From assembly GCA_010909165.1 (NCBI GenBank), contig VJWM01000107.1:744001-808000 (forward strand): a DNA stretch of 64,000 nucleotides, read 5' to 3'. This DNA is from Anthoceros angustus (taxonomy: Eukaryota > Plantae > Anthocerotophyta). The notes under the pieces were generated by a model that did no database searches, had not been told where the DNA came from, and worked only from the letters and a program-made list of their open reading frames with translations. Both the position numbers and the translations under genes were made by a program. Shown in pieces: positions 62,568-64,000 of this stretch. Positions within the stretch are counted from its first letter, which is position 1; each line of letters starts with the position of its first letter.

Positions 62568-64000
62568 GATATGAATCCCAACTGGGAGGACATGCGGAGG
62601 CAACGGGGTGCGCCGCCAGAACACCTCGGCCAACCACAAGGCGTGTGGCAATTGGAAATTTGGGAGCGATAAAGGCGGGAAGGCGGGGTGGAGGGGAGAA
62701 GGTCACTGCTCGATCGCCAAGACCGCTGAGGAGAAGAGCATGGCGGGGTGGCGGGGAGCGAGGCGAGGGGACGCGCGGCGAGGAAGGTGGACCCTCCTCC
62801 GTGGCGCCGGCGATGGCGGGCGACGGAGGAGGAGCGCCATGGCGGAGGGCATGGGGAGGCGCGGGGCCCTGGGCGCCGGCAGCGGAGGCGGCGGGCGATG
62901 GCGAAGGGGGCGCGGCGGCAACGCCGGGGGAGGCGGGGGCACTGCCCCCATGCCGAGCATGGCACGGGGCGTGGGGAGGGCGCAGCAGAGGGAGGAGACG
63001 GGTGGAGGGCACGCCGGGCCGCCCTGCGCCTCCAGACGGGCAGTGGGGAGGCGCCCAGAGGCGAGGCGGGTGGAGGGCGCCATCCCGTGCCCAAGATCGG
63101 CAACGGGGGCGGCGCAGCAGAGGATAGAGGCGGGATGGAGGCACGCCGTCCCGTGCCACAGCGTCGGCAGCCGGAAGGCGGCGCGGCGAGGCGGGGAGAG
63201 TGGAAGGGCCGTCCATGGCCCCTCCTGCGGCGGGCCGTGGCTCAGGGGAGGCGGGGGACATCACCTTTCCTCCCCATCCCGGCGCAGAGCGCGGGGGCGC
63301 AGGGAGGAGGAGGGGAGGGGGAGTCTCCCTCTGGCCGACGCAGATCCGGGGGGGGCCCGCGGGGCGCGCGGGGAGGGCATCCCTCCTCCCCATGGGCGCC
63401 GCAGGCGGCGCAGGTGGAGGCACGCCTCCCCACCGCAACGCCATCGCCCGTGGGGGGCGCAGGAGGAGGGGAGGGGAGACAGGTGCCCTCCCCTGTGGCG
63501 ACGGGCAGGGGGGGCATGGGGTGAGGGCGCATGGAGGAGGAGGAGGGGGGATGGCACCGATCCCCATACGGCGCAGCGTGGCGGCGCAGGCGGAAGGCCA
63601 AGGGAGAAGGGAGTGACCTCCCCAACGCGCGGGCGGGCAGTCAGGGAGGGAGGCACCTCCCCATGGACAACGAGGCCCGGAGGCGACGGGAGAGGTGAGG
63701 TTGCCTCCCGCACAAGGCGGGGCGAGGCGGGCGGAGGAGGTGGGGAGCATGGCGCCGATGGAGAGGGGGAGATCCTTCGAGGAGGAAGCCAACCCGCGGG
63801 TGGAGGACGCCGACGAGGGGGGGCCGCCGAGGCCGAGGCCGAGGGGAGGATGGGGATGGGCCACGCCGCCGCCGCCCGAGCCGGAGGCCGAGCTCGCATG
63901 GCGGCAGATTCCGCGATATGAATCCCAACCCCGGGAGGAGGAGGCAACGGTGCCCACCAGACACCTCGCGCCACAAGTGCGTGGCAATGGAAATTTGGGA
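62568..64000. repeat. Very GC-rich ~1347-bp repeat unit bounded by ~95-bp direct repeats; continues off the window
   Basis: GATATGAATCCCAAC..TGGAAATTTGGGA at 62568-62665 and 63915-64000. Internal G-rich subrepeats. Confidence 0.7.

Noticed and set aside
62363-63987. Overlapping 240-490-aa ORFs on both strands, or an rDNA intergenic spacer
   Set aside because: The ORFs reflect stop-codon scarcity at extreme GC, and no 5S/18S/26S sequence is visible to support rDNA.

Overview
Eukaryotic nuclear DNA from a non-seed land plant. Short introns (about 60-235 bp), GC-rich exons, PLS-class PPR fragments and a PHD-bearing Gypsy relic point to a hornwort or lycophyte; this is inference. The first ~11.6 kb is a gene island with two apparently intact host genes: the 5' part of an XEG113-like GT77 arabinosyltransferase (minus strand) and a GRAM-domain GEM-like gene (plus strand). 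MULE, Gypsy and LINE relics are interspersed. From ~11.7 kb onward the window is a nested transposon cluster: CACTA ends and transposase, an Athila-type LTR retrotransposon with tRNA-Asp PBS, ORF2 and three LTR copies, Copia relics, host gene fragments (PPR tracts, an intron-less COP1 piece, an unidentified spliced fragment) and many tandem arrays. The standout is a CACTA (En/Spm) transposase gene with a SET-domain exon, ending in an AT-hook-like motif, between its N-terminal transposase-associated exon and its Tnp2 core. The splice phases would allow either a plain transposase or a SET-containing product, so this is a candidate transposon-encoded chromatin writer. Caveat: beyond ~14.6 kb the coding remnants are broken mostly by 1-3 nt deletions, which resembles unpolished long-read error, so pseudogene calls and some duplications there may be assembly artefacts. 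All homology calls come from manual translation and recalled motifs; no searches were run, and coordinates in repeat regions are approximate.
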